Assembly: GCA_965240465.1 (NCBI GenBank)
Contig: OZ251219.1
Span: 320,001 to 384,000 of the forward strand
Direction: 5' to 3'
DNA: 64,000 bases
Origin: a bacterium
GTDB lineage: Bacteria > SAR324 > JACQKK01
A program made the position numbers and the translations under genes. The notes below the pieces were generated by a model that was not told where the DNA came from, did no database searches, and worked only from the letters and a program-made list of their open reading frames with translations. Below, in pieces: positions 1 through 12,400 of this stretch (position 1 is the first letter of the stretch; each line of letters starts with the position of its first letter).

Positions 1-1
1 T

Positions 2-1840
2 CTTGATAAAGACTTCATCAGCAACGACACCACCGACTACGATTCCGATGGTTGCCAAGATGACAGCACTGAAGACACTGATGGCGACAATGATAGCGTG
101 CTTGATGTTAATGATAGCTGTCCCAGAGGTGACAAAGGTTGGACCAGCACCACTGACGCCACCACTGGCACTGACAAAGATGATGATGGTTGTCAGGATG
201 CTACTAGCGAGGACCAAGATGGTGGTGATGGCAGTGATGAAGATAATGATGGTATTTCTGGCACTGACGCCAATAGCATTGAGCTTGATAAGTGCGAAGA
301 CGGCGACAAAGGCTGGACGAGCAATGACCAAACCGACAACGACAGCGATGGTTGTCGGGATGCTGGCGAGGATACCGATGACGACAATGACACCATCCTA
401 GACGTCACTGACGTGGATGACGACAACAACGGTCTAATAGATATTGCCACTGCTGAGGAGCTAATCAACATCCGCCACGATCTGGACGGCACTCACTATA
501 ATGATGGCAGTAATTCATCTGATGCGGGCTGTCCTACTACTAATCCCGTAGGTTGCAAGGGCTATGAACTACTCGGGGACATTGATTTAGTAGCCCCAGT
601 TAGCCCTGATACTAAAAACTGGGATCCCGTTGGTAACTATCACGATCCTTTTACCGCTACCTTAGAAGGCAATGGTTTCACCATCAGAAACCTAACCATT
701 AGCAATGGCTCCCAGTACACGGGCTTTTTGGGGGTCTTGAGGGGGACAGTCCAAAACTTGTCCTTTGTAGGAGGTTCAGTTACCAGTACGTACGGGGGGG
801 GTTTAGGCTCTACAGGGGTTCTGGCAGGTTATAATTATGGAACAATATCGGGTGTTGCTACGGGGCTCTTGGTATCTGTCAACCCAGGTTCCTCTGGCGA
901 TGTGGGCGGCTTGGTAGGTAGAAATGGTACTGATTACGGTAATGGTGCAGCCCTCATCCGAAATAGCTCTGCCACCGGCGATGTTAATGGCAGTGATGGT
1001 GCTGACAATGTAGGTGGCTTGGTAGGTAGGAATGATACTGGCACCATTCAGAATAGCTATGCCACTGGCAAGGTGAGTGGCGGTGATGGTATTGACTATG
1101 TAGGTGGCTTGGTAGGCCTTAATGAAAGCACCATTCAAAATGGCTCTGCCACTGGCAAGGTTATTGGCGGTGGTGGTATTGACAGGGCGGGTGGCTTGGT
1201 AGGTGAAAATGCTGGTGGCACCATTCAAAATAGCTCTGCCACTGGCAAGGTTGATGGCGGTGCTGGTGATGACTATGTAGGTGGCTTGGTAGGTCAAAAT
1301 GGTACTGGTGGCACCATTCAAAACAGCTATGCCACTGGCAAGGCTACTGGCGGTGCTGGTTATGAGGATAAGGTAGGTGGCTTGGTAGGATATTATTTTT
1401 CTGGAACCATCGGTAACAGTTATTCCCTAAGTGCTGTTGATGGAGGGTATGGTAGGTATACTACTGTGGGTCGCTTGGTTGGCAATAGAGTTAGTGGTAG
1501 CATTGTGAACAGCTATTATGATAAGAATAGTTCTATTGCAAACGGTACTCTATTAGTCTTGGGGATAGGCAAAACCAAAGCTCAGCTGAAAGCCATCAAT
1601 CTGGATCCCCCCGATAATCAGGCTGCTTGCGAAGCAGCTGGCGGAACTTGGGATGACACCGCATCATCGTGTACTTCTGGTAATCTAGCTGGCTGGAACG
1701 CCTTCAACTGGGAATTCCAAGCTGGCTTCTATCCCACCCTCAAGTCCTACAAGGTGGATTCCAGCGATGCCCAAATCGCAGGCGATCTACTCTGCGGGCA
1801 ATTACCCGAAGCTGACTTCGTTCAGTGTCCTACGCCTTAG
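2..1840 (+). CDS. TSP3-repeat/GLUG-repeat surface protein, array copy 1 (5'-truncated by window edge)
   Basis: Frame is open from position 2 (LDKDFISNDTTDYDSDGC...). Contains DxDxDGC repeats, DDDNNGLIDI...IRHDLDG...GC...GYEL linker, VGGLVG repeats and C-terminal LLCGQLPEADFVQC. Confidence 0.9.
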   Translation, partial: LDKDFISNDTTDYDSDGCQDDSTEDTDGDNDSVLDVNDSCPRGDKGWTSTTDATTGTDKDDDGCQDATSEDQDGGDGSDEDNDGISGTDANSIELDKCEDGDKGWTSNDQTDNDSDGCRDAGEDTDDDNDTILDVTDVDDDNNGLIDIATAEELINIRHDLDGTHYNDGSNSSDAGCPTTNPVGCKGYELLGDIDLVAPVSPDTKNWDPVGNYHDPFTATLEGNGFTIRNLTISNGSQYTGFLGVLRGTVQNLSFVGGSVTSTYGGGLGSTGVLAGYNYGTISGVATGLLVSVNPGSSGDVGGLVGRNGTDYGNGAALIRNSSATGDVNGSDGADNVGGLVGRNDTGTIQNSYATGKVSGGDGIDYVGGLVGLNESTIQNGSATGKVIGGGGIDRAGGLVGENAGGTIQNSSATGKVDGGAGDDYVGGLVGQNGTGGTIQNSYATGKATGGAGYEDKVGGLVGYYFSGTIGNSYSLSAVDGGYGRYTTVGRLVGNRVSGSIVNSYYDKNSSIANGTLLVLGIGKTKAQLKAINLDPPDNQAACEAAGGTWDDTASSCTSGNLAGWNAFNWEFQAGFYPTLKSYKVDSSDAQIAGDLLCGQLPEADFVQCPTP

Positions 1841-1886
1841 GCTAGTCCCCCCCAACTGCTTGAAAAAGGTAGCCGAGCATTCTTCT

Positions 1887-1921
1887 GGGAGTGAGTATTA
1901 ACTCACTCCCTTTTTCTTTTT
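1887..1921 (+). terminator. Intrinsic terminator (array-type)
   Basis: GGGAGTGAGT-atta-ACTCACTCCC hairpin followed by a T-tract. Confidence 0.9.
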
Positions 1922-1975
1922 GCCTGAAAAAGATACTAGGCAAATTGCCTGAAAAAGATACCTGACATTTCTTCT

Positions 1976-2005
1976 GGGAGTGAGTAGTACTCACTCCCTT
2001 TTTTT
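1976..2005 (+). terminator. Second tandem copy of the array-type terminator
   Basis: GGGAGTGAGT-agt-ACTCACTCCC followed by T7. Confidence 0.85.
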
Positions 2006-2072
2006 ATTCATTTTAAGGGGGGGACTAGGGGGATTTGGGGAGGGGGAGTGTAAGGGGAGATTCTCCTTAAAT

Positions 2073-2102
2073 TTGACCTGAAAACCCTTTTACTGATACT
2101 AT
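2073..2102 (+). promoter_or_regulatory. Putative sigma70 promoter for copy 2
   Basis: TTGACC-18 bp-TACTAT, with TG upstream of the -10. Confidence 0.45.
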
Positions 2103-2190
2103 ATTAAGTATGAAAACCATCTTATCACGAAAAATAACACTTAAATATTACCTAAGTACAGTCCTTCACCCCCAAATTGCAGGGTTGTCT

Positions 2191-4566
2191 ATGAAATTAT
2201 CAAAGAAATCATCCCTAAAGAAATTATCCCTCCTCTTAGCTAGTTTTATCCTCACCCTGTTTTTAGCTGGATGTGGTGACATTGGAAAGGATGAAGCGTT
2301 TGCTGATACCGATGCCGATGGTATCTTTGACAGCCGAGATTCATGCCCTGAAAGCCCTGCAGGCTTTATCAGCGATGACACCACCGACAGCGACGGCGAT
2401 GGTTGCGAGGACAGCACCGAGGATCAAGATGGTGGTGATGGCAGTGATGAAGATAATGATGGCAAGGTAGGTGCTTATGATGAATGTCCACGGGGTGAAG
2501 TTGGCTGGACGAGCAACGAGCAAACCGACTACGATGATGACGGTTGCCAAGACTCAGGCGAAGATACCGATGACGACAACGATAACGTGCTTGATACTAG
2601 TGATAGTTGTCCTGTAGGTGATACTGGCTGGGCGAGCAATGACAGAACCGACTACGATTCCGACGGCTGCTATGATGACAGCACTGAAGACAAAGATGAC
2701 GACAATGATGGAGTCCCCGATGTTGATCCAGACGGCGACACTACCAAAAATGACAAATGCCCCAAAGGCAATTTTTTCACCAGCATAAGCACCAGCAATA
2801 ATCCCGCAGCCATCACCGATAACGATGGCGACGGCTGCCAAGACAAAGATGAAGACAAAGATGACGACAACGATGGCTTGCTTGATACTAGTGATAGCTG
2901 TGCTGCGGGCGATACTGGCTGGAAAAGTAATAGCACCACCGACAACGATGGCGACGGCTGCCAAGACTCAGGTGAAGACACCAATGACGACAATGATGGC
3001 TTGCTTGATACTAATGATAGCTGTCCCGTAGGTAATATTGGCTGGAAGAGTAATAGCACCACCGACAAAGATGGTGACGGCTGCCAAGACTCAGATGAAG
3101 ACAAAGATGACGACAACAACGGTCTGATAGATATTGCCACTGCTGAGGAGCTAACCAACATCCGCCATGATTTGGACGGCACTCACTATAATGATGGCAG
3201 TAATTCATCTAATGCGGGTTGTCCTACCACTACCACTCCTCTGGGTTGCAAGGGCTATGAACTAATCGGGGACATTGTTTTGGTAGCCCCGACTGCTCCT
3301 GATACCAGCAACTGGGGAACTATCGCGGGTGATTTTACTGCTACCTTAGAAGGCAATGGCAATACCATCAGTAACCTAGCTATTGATTCTAACACCCAAT
3401 ACACGGGCTTTTTTGCATATATTAGTGGCACGGTACGAAACTTGGAATTTACTGGAGGTTCAGTTACCAGTAGCTTCATTTCTGGTACTGACACTGCCCC
3501 GAGTCATGTGGGTTCTTTGGCGGGTAGTAATGCTGGAACTATAGACAATGTTTCTGTTAGCGTCACGGTTTCCGTCGGTGGTGGCAATTTTAATCGGGTA
3601 GGTGGTTTAGTGGGTGCTTCTGGCGGCACTATAAACAACAGCCAAGCCACTGGTTCTGTTGATGGCGGTACTGATGGTCACGATAGTGTAGGTGGTTTAG
3701 TAGGTTATAATATCAGCGGCGTCATAAACAATAGCCGAGCCACTGGCAATGCTGATGGCGGTGCAGGAAATCTTGACAATGCGGGTGGTTTGGTAGGTTA
3801 TAATGATAATAATGGTATCATCAAGAATAGTTATGCTACTGGTTCTGCTAGGGGTGGTGCTGGCAATACGGATTCTGCGGGCGGTTTAGTGGGTATTTCT
3901 GATAGCTTCATCATCAAAAACTGCTACGCTACCGGTCCTGCTTATGGCGGGGCTGGCGATGATGACGCGGTAGGCGGTTTGGTAGGATTTTCTAGTAACA
4001 CGATTATCAAGAATAGTTATGCTACTGGTTTAGTCAGTGGTGGTAGTGGCAATGATGATTTAGGCGGCTTGGTGGGATATATTGTTTCTGGTAAAATCCA
4101 GAACAATTATTCCTTAGGTGCTGTTGATGGGGAAACTGAAAACGATGAAGTTGGTCGCTTGGTTGGCAAAAGGAATTCTTCTGGGATAATAATTACCAAC
4201 AACTATTACAATAGTGCAAGCACCCTGGATAATGGCGAGACCATAGAAGAACTTACGGGTACTGATGAAGCTACAGGCAAAACCGAAGCTCAGCTGAAAG
4301 CCATCAACCTGGATCCCCCCGATAATCAGGATGGTTGTGAAGCAGCTGGGGGAACTTGGGATGGTACATCATCGTGTACTTCTGGTAATCTAGCTAGCTG
4401 GAACGCTTTTGACTGGGATTCTGGCACAGACACCCAATACCCCACCCTGAAGTCCTATGAGGCTACTACTGATACCAACGCCACCCCTCCAACAGTCACC
4501 CAAATCGCAGGTGTTTTACTCTGCGAGCAACCCACCGATTTCGTTCAGTGTACTCCTACGCCTTAG
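2191..4566 (+). CDS. TSP3/GLUG surface lipoprotein, copy 2
   Basis: MKLSKKSSLKKLSLLLASFILTLFLAGC lipobox and same domain order as the other copies. Start moved to ATG 2191 by comparison with paralogues. Confidence 0.9.
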   Translation: MKLSKKSSLKKLSLLLASFILTLFLAGCGDIGKDEAFADTDADGIFDSRDSCPESPAGFISDDTTDSDGDGCEDSTEDQDGGDGSDEDNDGKVGAYDECPRGEVGWTSNEQTDYDDDGCQDSGEDTDDDNDNVLDTSDSCPVGDTGWASNDRTDYDSDGCYDDSTEDKDDDNDGVPDVDPDGDTTKNDKCPKGNFFTSISTSNNPAAITDNDGDGCQDKDEDKDDDNDGLLDTSDSCAAGDTGWKSNSTTDNDGDGCQDSGEDTNDDNDGLLDTNDSCPVGNIGWKSNSTTDKDGDGCQDSDEDKDDDNNGLIDIATAEELTNIRHDLDGTHYNDGSNSSNAGCPTTTTPLGCKGYELIGDIVLVAPTAPDTSNWGTIAGDFTATLEGNGNTISNLAIDSNTQYTGFFAYISGTVRNLEFTGGSVTSSFISGTDTAPSHVGSLAGSNAGTIDNVSVSVTVSVGGGNFNRVGGLVGASGGTINNSQATGSVDGGTDGHDSVGGLVGYNISGVINNSRATGNADGGAGNLDNAGGLVGYNDNNGIIKNSYATGSARGGAGNTDSAGGLVGISDSFIIKNCYATGPAYGGAGDDDAVGGLVGFSSNTIIKNSYATGLVSGGSGNDDLGGLVGYIVSGKIQNNYSLGAVDGETENDEVGRLVGKRNSSGIIITNNYYNSASTLDNGETIEELTGTDEATGKTEAQLKAINLDPPDNQDGCEAAGGTWDGTSSCTSGNLASWNAFDWDSGTDTQYPTLKSYEATTDTNATPPTVTQIAGVLLCEQPTDFVQCTPTP

Positions 4567-4651
4567 GATGGACTTTACCTCTTGACTTCTTGCCTCTTCG
4601 GGTGTTACGGTGGGGGCTGGCGCTTTCAAGCATTCTGACATAGGACTTTCC

Positions 4652-6558
4652 ATGCAAAGATTATCACTACTTTCGGCTTGTATTTTCGCTCTATTTTTAG
4701 CTAGCTGCGGGGGGAGTAGCGGGGGGTCTGTTGATACCGATTCCGATGGCGTCCCCGACAGCAAGGATCTGTGCAAAAATAGCCTTGACGAGAACTTCAT
4801 CAGCGACGACACCACCGACGCCGACAAGGACGGCTGCGAGGACAGCACCGAAGACCAAGATGGTGGTGATGGCAGTGATGAAGATAATGATGGCAAGGTA
4901 GGTGATGATGATAAATGTCCGCAGGGTGACACTAATTGGACGAGCATAAGCACTAGCACTGACCCTGCTGTAACTATCACCGACTACGATGGCGACGGTT
5001 GTCGGGATGCTGGCGAGGATACCGATGACGACAATGACACCATCCTAGACGTCACCGACGTGGATGACGACAACGACGGTCTAATAGAAATTGCCACTGC
5101 TGAGGAGCTAAACAACATCCGCCACGATCTGGACGGCACTCACTATGATGATGAACTAGCTGACACCGATACTGGTGATGAAGGCTCTAATGCGGGCTGC
5201 CCTACTACTACCACTCCCGTAGGTTGCAATGGCTATGAACTAGCGAATGATATTAGCTTGGCTTCCATTATAAACTGGGTACCAATTTCCGCGGTTTCTG
5301 CACTGTTTACCGCTACCTTAGAAGGCAATGATTATACCATCAGTAACCTAGTCATTGCCACCGACGCTACCACCCAATACACGGGCTTTTTTAGGACTTT
5401 GGGTGCAAATAGCATAGTCAAAAACTTGTCCTTGAAAGGTTCAGTTACCAGTAGCTACATTACTGGCCATAACACAAACCCCAACTTTGTAGGGGGTTTG
5501 GCAGGCAGTAATGGTGGAACAATATCGGGTGTTTCTGCGGGGGTCTCGGTCTCTGCTGGCACTGGCAACAGTGACTATGTAGGTGGCTTGGTAGGTAATA
5601 ATGATACTACTGGCACCATTCAAAATAGCTATGCCACTGGCTCTATTGCTGGCGGTGAGGGTGGTGCGCTGTGGGTGGTTTGGCAGGTTATTCTAATGGT
5701 ACCATCCAAAATAGCTATGCTACTGGTCCTGTTAGTGGCGGTGCTGATGGTGACTACGTGGGCGGCTTGGTGGGAGATATTGCTTCTGGAACCATTCAGA
5801 ACAGTTATTCCCTGAGTACTGTTAGCGGTGATGGTGGTGATGACTACGTGGGCGGCTTGGTGGGAGATATTGCTTCTGGAACCATTCAGAACAGTTATTC
5901 CCTGAGTACTGTTAGCGGTGATGGTGGTGATGACTCCGTGGGCGGCTTGGTGGGAGATATTGCTTCTGGAACCATTCAGAACAGTTATTCCCTGAGTACT
6001 GTTAGCGGTGATGGTGGTGATGACTCCGTGGGCGGCTTGGTGGGAGATATTGCTTCTGGAACCATTCAGAACAGTTATGCCTTAGGCGATGTGAATGGGG
6101 GCACTGGAGACGATAATGTGGGTCGCTTGGTTGGTAAAAAGATGAGTAGTGTAACAATTACCAGCAACTATTTTGATGGTGGGAGTACCCTAAGCGTAGT
6201 TGCTAACGAGGATACCAAACTAGCCCTTAGCGACCCCGAGGCAGTTGGCAAAACCAGTGTTACACTAAAAGAATACTGACTGCCCATCTTCAAACAAAAA
6301 TAAACAAGATTACCGAACCATTTTCTTAGCCAGCTGATTTGACAGGCGACAATAACGGCTGGAACGCCTTCAACTGGGCTTTTGGCAAGACTAGATAAAT
6401 GCCAAAAAAGCGAATACCCCACCCTCAAGTCTTATGAGACAGAAGGTACTGACTAACCAGTGGCAACCCTGACGACAACGATGGCACCCAAATTGATAGC
6501 AATTTACTCTGCGAGCAACCCGCAACCGATTTCGTTCAGTGTACCCCGTAATCCCTAA
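4652..6558 (+). pseudogene. TSP3/GLUG lipoprotein copy 3, frameshifted and 3'-disrupted (or assembly error)
   Basis: MQRLSLLSACIFALFLASC lipobox. Frame changes near 5660-5671 (ORFs 4610..5815 and 5671..6279). After ~6260 the C-terminal motifs (YPTLKSY, LLCEQP, DFVQC at ~6528) survive only as fragments broken by insertions and stops. Confidence 0.7.
5752..6078 (+). repeat. 90-bp tandem repeat, ~3.6 copies (one GLUG unit each)
   Basis: Near-identical units starting at 5752, 5842, 5932 and 6022. Confidence 0.9.
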
Positions 6559-7068
6559 GCAGATTATCTGTGGTTGCTCTTTCCAACTTTGCGTTCCTAA
6601 AAAGGAATGCCGCAGGACTGGACTTTTGCAAACCGTATTTGTGGGGGGTTAACAGAACGCATACTGGCAGAATGTTTCTGTGGGGCATACTAGCGAGATT
6701 CCCCATGGATTATCACCTTGTAGCCAGCTGTTTCTAGTTTGCCACTGTCTTCCACTGTCTTGGTAGGGTTTAAGTTCCATTGCCTTTGAAATGCCTGCCA
6801 TTCGCTTGGCTCCGTTATGCTACTTGGCTCCGCTTGGCTCCCTGATCGCCCGCTTCTGTGAAATACAACCTATTCTAAACTCGGTTATTAAAAAAATATC
6901 ATTTTATCAAAAAAAGCTTGACATGTCAATTAAATCATCAGGCAGCTGTCAGTGCTTAGAACAGTCTGGTTAAGCAATGCTTTTTAGCCAGCACTTTTTG
7001 GCCAGTTGCTAACGAGGCATCTCACGATGTACACTAGAATTCACAGCTATTAAACTGGAAAACTTATA

Positions 7069-9175
7069 ATGAGGTACAAATTATCCTTGATTTCAGCTTG
7101 TATCTGTGGTTGCTCTATTTAAAAAGGAAGCCAGGACTGGCTGTGTATAACAGAAGCATAGCAGTACTGGCAGTAACAACTGCTCGCTGATACCGATGGC
7201 GACGGCATCTAAACGATTTTCAAAAAAAGCAGATGGCACCACCGAGCTAGATAAATGCCGAACCAGCCTAAACCCCAATTTTGTCAGCGTTAGCACCAGC
7301 AATAACCCCGCAGATATCAACGACTACGATGCTGACGGCTGCGAGGATGACGGTACTTTTGAAGAAGACTTTGATGACGACAATGATGGGGTCAACGATG
7401 TTGATGCAAGCGACATGTCGCTAGACAAATGCCCCACAGGCATAATTGGCATTGCTGTCGCTTCTGATCCTGATATTGACAGCGACGGCTGTAAAAACTC
7501 CGAAGACACCGATGATGACGGTGATGGCGACCTAGACGATGTTGATGTGGATGATGATAATAACGGTCTAATAGAGCTCACCGCTACTACCCCCCTAACC
7601 AACATCCGCCACCAACTAGACGGCACTAGCTATAATGATGGCAGCACAGATTCTGATACGGGCTGTCCTACTGCTGATTCTAGTGCTCCTATTCCTGGTC
7701 CCGCAGGTTGCAATGGCTACGAACTAACTGGCGACATTGATTTAGGAACAGCTGGCGATTGGGATCCCGTTGGTACCAATAGCATTCCTTTTACCGCTAT
7801 CTTAGATGGCAACAGCTTTACCATCAATAACCTAGCCATTAGCAATGACGATGCGTACACGGGCTTTCTTGCGGTGTTAGGTACTAATGGCACGGTAAGA
7901 AACTTGTCTTTTGCAAAAAGTGCAACAGGCACGGGTTCAGTTACCACTAGCAATGCTGCCGGCAACTATATGGGGGTTTTGGTAGGTCGTAACAGAGGAG
8001 GAACAATATCCGATGTTTCTATTACGGGGATCTCGGTTACTGTCGGCGATGGTGGTAGTAATAACGTAGGTGGTTTGGTAGGTTATAACGAAAAAGGAAC
8101 AATATCCAATGTTTCTACTACGGGGACGGTTACTGTCGGCGATGGTGGTAGTAATAAAGTAGGTGGTTTGGTAGGTTATAACGAAAAAGGAACAATATCC
8201 AATGTTTCTACTACGGGGACGGTTACTGTCGGCGATGGTGATGAGGATCTTGTAGGTGGTTTGGTAGGTGATAATAAAGGCACCATCCAGAATGGCTCTG
8301 CCACTGGCAATGTGAATGGCGGTAGTGGTGATAAGGATCATGTAGGTGGTTTGGTAGGTTATCTTAATGGAAGTTCTGCTAGTAGAGCCATCATTCAAAA
8401 TAGCTCTGCCACTGGCTCTGTCACTAGCGGTGCTGGTACTACTAATCATGTAGGTGGCTTGGTGGGTCGTAGTAATGGTGATTCCACTATTCAAAGTAGC
8501 TCTGCCACTGGCATTGCTACTGGCGGTGCTGATGAGGATGATCGGGTAGGTGGCTTGGTGGGGAATTCTGGTGCCATCATTCAAAATAGCTATGCCACTG
8601 GCACTGCTAATGGTGGCAATGGTGATGATGATGGTATAGGCGGCTTGGTGGGATATAATTATGGAACCATTCAGAACAGTTATTCCCTGGGTACTGTTAA
8701 CGGTGGGGATGGTGGGGAGCCCGTGGGCGGCTTGGTGGGATTTTTTAGTGGTGGAACCATCCAGAACAGTTATGCCTTAGGCGATGTGAATGGGGGCACT
8801 GGAGACGATAATGTGGGACGTTTGATTGGTAAAAGTAATACTGGAGTAGTAGTTACAACTGCCAGCAACTATTTTGATGGTGGGAGCACCCTAAGCGTAG
8901 TTGCTAACGAGGATACCGAACTAACCCTTAGCGACCCCAAGGCGGTTGGCAAAACCAGTGCTGAACTCAAAACCTTGACTGCTGAAATCACCGACGCTGA
9001 CTTTACTGGCGACAATAACGGCTGGAGTACTAACAACTGGAATTTTGGTACAGACAGCACATACCCCAGCCTGAAGTCTTATGAGGTGGATCTCAGTAAT
9101 GCCCAAATCGCAGGCAAGTTACTCTGCGGGCAATTACCCGAAGCAGACTTCGTTCAGTGTACCAGTAATCCCTAG
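7069..9175 (+). CDS. TSP3/GLUG lipoprotein copy 4; signal-peptide region scrambled
   Basis: Intact frame from ~7220 to 9175 with all family motifs. 7069-7215 resembles a paralogue signal peptide (aaattatccttgatttcagcttgtat) but carries insertions and frameshifts. Confidence 0.75.
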
Positions 9176-9223
9176 GCTAGACCCCCCCCCAACTGCTTGA
9201 AAAGGGCAGCCGAGCATTCTTCT

Positions 9224-9258
9224 GGGAGTGAGTTAATACTCACTCCCTTTTTCTTTTT
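9224..9258 (+). terminator. Array-type intrinsic terminator
   Basis: GGGAGTGAGT-taat-ACTCACTCCC plus T-tract. Confidence 0.9.
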
Positions 9259-9346
9259 GGAGACTGCGTGTTGCTCTTTTAAGCACTTGGTAAACTTATC
9301 GCCAATGAAGTTCTGGCTGACTTTTTTAGTGTGTTAACCATTAAAC

Positions 9347-9375
9347 TTGACATTAGATAATTTATAGTATACACT
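9347..9375 (+). promoter_or_regulatory. Putative sigma70 promoter for copy 5
   Basis: TTGACA-17 bp-TACACT; AGGAGG SD before ATG 9471. Confidence 0.7.
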
Positions 9376-9470
9376 GACTAGATCGGGTTATTTTGTGCCC
9401 TAAGGTGTGTTGATTTACGGCGATTTGTGTTAATCCGTATCAATTGAACTTAACAATAGGAGGAATCTCA

Positions 9471-12400
9471 ATGGGAAAGTTATCATTACTCTCAAGCATT
9501 TTTATTATCACTCTTTTCCTAGCCAGCTGTGGTGGCAGTAGCGAAGAGAAAAAAGGTGTTGTAAACCCTGTTACTGATACCGATGGCGACGGCATCGACG
9601 ATTTTGAGGCAGATAGCACCACCAAGAAAGACCTATGCTCCCCTAGTAAAGATGGGAAATTTGTCAGTACCCCCATAACTGACCACGATCGCGACGGTTG
9701 CAAAGATGACGGCGAAGACCCCGATGACGACAATGATAACAAAAAAGATGCTGTTGATGACTGCGAAAAAAGCCCCAAAGGCTTCCTCAGCGGCGATAGA
9801 ACCACCGACTACGATGACGACGGCTGTAAAGATGATGACCCCGAAGACCCCGATGACGACAATGATACTGTCAACGATTTCGAGGTAAATGGCACCACCG
9901 AGAAAGATAAATGCCGCACCAGCGAAACCTCCGGCTTTATCAGCGTTAGCACCAGCAATAACCCCGCAGCTATCAACGACTACGATGGCGACGGCTGCGA
10001 AGATGCTGGCGAAGACGAAGATGACGACGATGATACTGTCAACGATTTCGAGGCAGATGGCACCACCGAGAAAGATAATTGCCGCACCAGCAAAACCTCC
10101 GGCTTTATCAGCGTTAGCACCAGCAATAACCCCCTAGCTATCAACGACTACGATGGCGACGGCTGCGAAGATGCTGGCGAAGACAAAGATGACGACGATG
10201 ATACTGTCAACGATTTTGAGGCAGATGGCACCACCGAGAAAGATAAATGCCGCACCAGCGAAACCTCAGGCTTTATCAGCGTTAGCACCAGCAATAACCC
10301 CCTAGATATCAACGACTACGATGGCGACGGCTGCGAAGATGCTGGCGAAGACAAAGATGACGACGATGATGGGGTCGCCGATTTTGAGGCAAATGGCACC
10401 ACCGAGAAAGATAAGTGCCCTCTTGTAGGCTTCACTACCGATAATAATGGCGACGGCTGCGAAGACACCACTACCGATAGCGATGGTGATACGGTATTCG
10501 ACGATTCTGACAGATGCATAACAAGCGAAACCTCCGGCTTTATCAGCGTTAGCACCAGCAATAACCCCCTAGCTATCAACGACTACGATGGCGACGGCTG
10601 CGAAGATGCTGGCGAAGACAAAGATGACGACGATGATGGGGTCGCCGATTTTGAGGCAAATGGCACCACCGAGAAAGATAAATGCCCTCTTGTAGGCTTC
10701 ACTACCGATAATAATGGCGACGGCTGCGAAGACACCACTACCGATAGCGATGGTGATACGGTATTCGACGATTCTGACAGATGCATAACAAGCAAAACCT
10801 CCAGCTTTATCAGCGTTAGCACCAGCAATAACCCCCTAGCTATCAACGACTACGATGGCGACGGCTGCGAAGATGCTGGCGAAGACAAAGATGACGACGA
10901 TGATACTGTCAACGATTTCGAGGCAGATGGCACCACCGAGAAAGATAAATGCCGCACCAGCGAAACCTCTGGCTTTATCAGCGTTAGCACCAGCAATAAC
11001 CCCCTAGATATCAACGACTACGATGGCGACGGCTGCGAAGATGCTGGCGAAGACGAAGATGACGACGATGATACTGTCAACGATTTCAAGGCAGATGGCA
11101 CCACCGAGAAAGATAATTGCCGCACCAGCGAAACCTCTGGCTTTATCAGCGTTAGCACCAGCAATAACCCCCTAGATATCAACGACTACGATGGCGACGG
11201 CTGCGAAGATGCTGGCGAAGACAAAGATGACAACAACAACGGTCTGATGGAAATTGCCACTGCTGATGAGCTAGGCAATATCCGCTACAGCCTGGATGGC
11301 ACTCGCTATGGTGATGGCAGTAGTTCATCTGATGCGGGCTGTCCTACTATTAATCCTGTGGGTTGCATTGGCTATGAATTAGCCAATGATATTGACTTGC
11401 TATCCGTCAACTTTGAACCCATTACGGGTAATTTTACCGCTATCTTAGAAGGCAATAATAAAACCATCAGCAACCTAGTCATTGTCACTGACGCTAACAC
11501 CAAAAACGCGGGCTTCTTTATATCCTTGGCTTCTGGTAGCACGGTACGGAACTTGTCCTTTGCAACAGGTTCAGTTACCAGTAACTATGTTGGTGGCACT
11601 CAAAACAGTCCCAACTTTGTAGGAGTTCTAGCCGCTGGTAATGTTGGAGTAATATCCGATGTTTCTATTACGGGGATCTCGGTTACTACCGGCGATGGTG
11701 ATTATGACCGTGTAGGTGGCTTAGTGGGTGGTAATATTAATACTGGCACCATCCAGGATAGCTCCTCTGCCGCTGTCTCTGTTACTGGAGGGGCTGGAAG
11801 TGACCAGGTGGGTGGCTTAGTGGGTAGTAATATTGGCACCATCCAGGATAGCTCCTCTGCCGCTGCCTCTGTTACTGGAGGTGCTGGAAGTGACCAGGTG
11901 GGTGGCTTAGTGGGTGGTAATATTGATACTGGCATCATCCAGGATAGCTCCTCTGCCGCTGACTCTGTTGCTGGAGGGGCTGATACTGACTATGTGGGTG
12001 GCTTGGTCGGTAGTAATTACCATATCATCCAAAGCAGCTCTGCCACTGGCAATGCTTATGGAGGGGCTGGAGGTGACCAGGTGGGCGGTTTGGTAGGTTC
12101 AAATGCTGCTGGAGGCATCATCCGAAATAGCTATGCCACTGGTGATGCTGATGGCAATGATAATGATCCTGGTATTGAATGGGTGGGTGGTTTGGTGGGT
12201 AGTAATTACAACATCATCCAAGACAGCTATGCCACTGGTGATGCTTATGGAAGTGAGAATAATGACTATGTCGGTGGCTTGGTGGGAGGTATTATTTCTG
12301 GAAGCATCAAGAATAGTTATGTCTTAGGCAATGTTGATGGTGGTGGTGGTAATGACCATGTTGGCTACTTGGTGGGCTGGAAATACGCTGGTACAATTGC

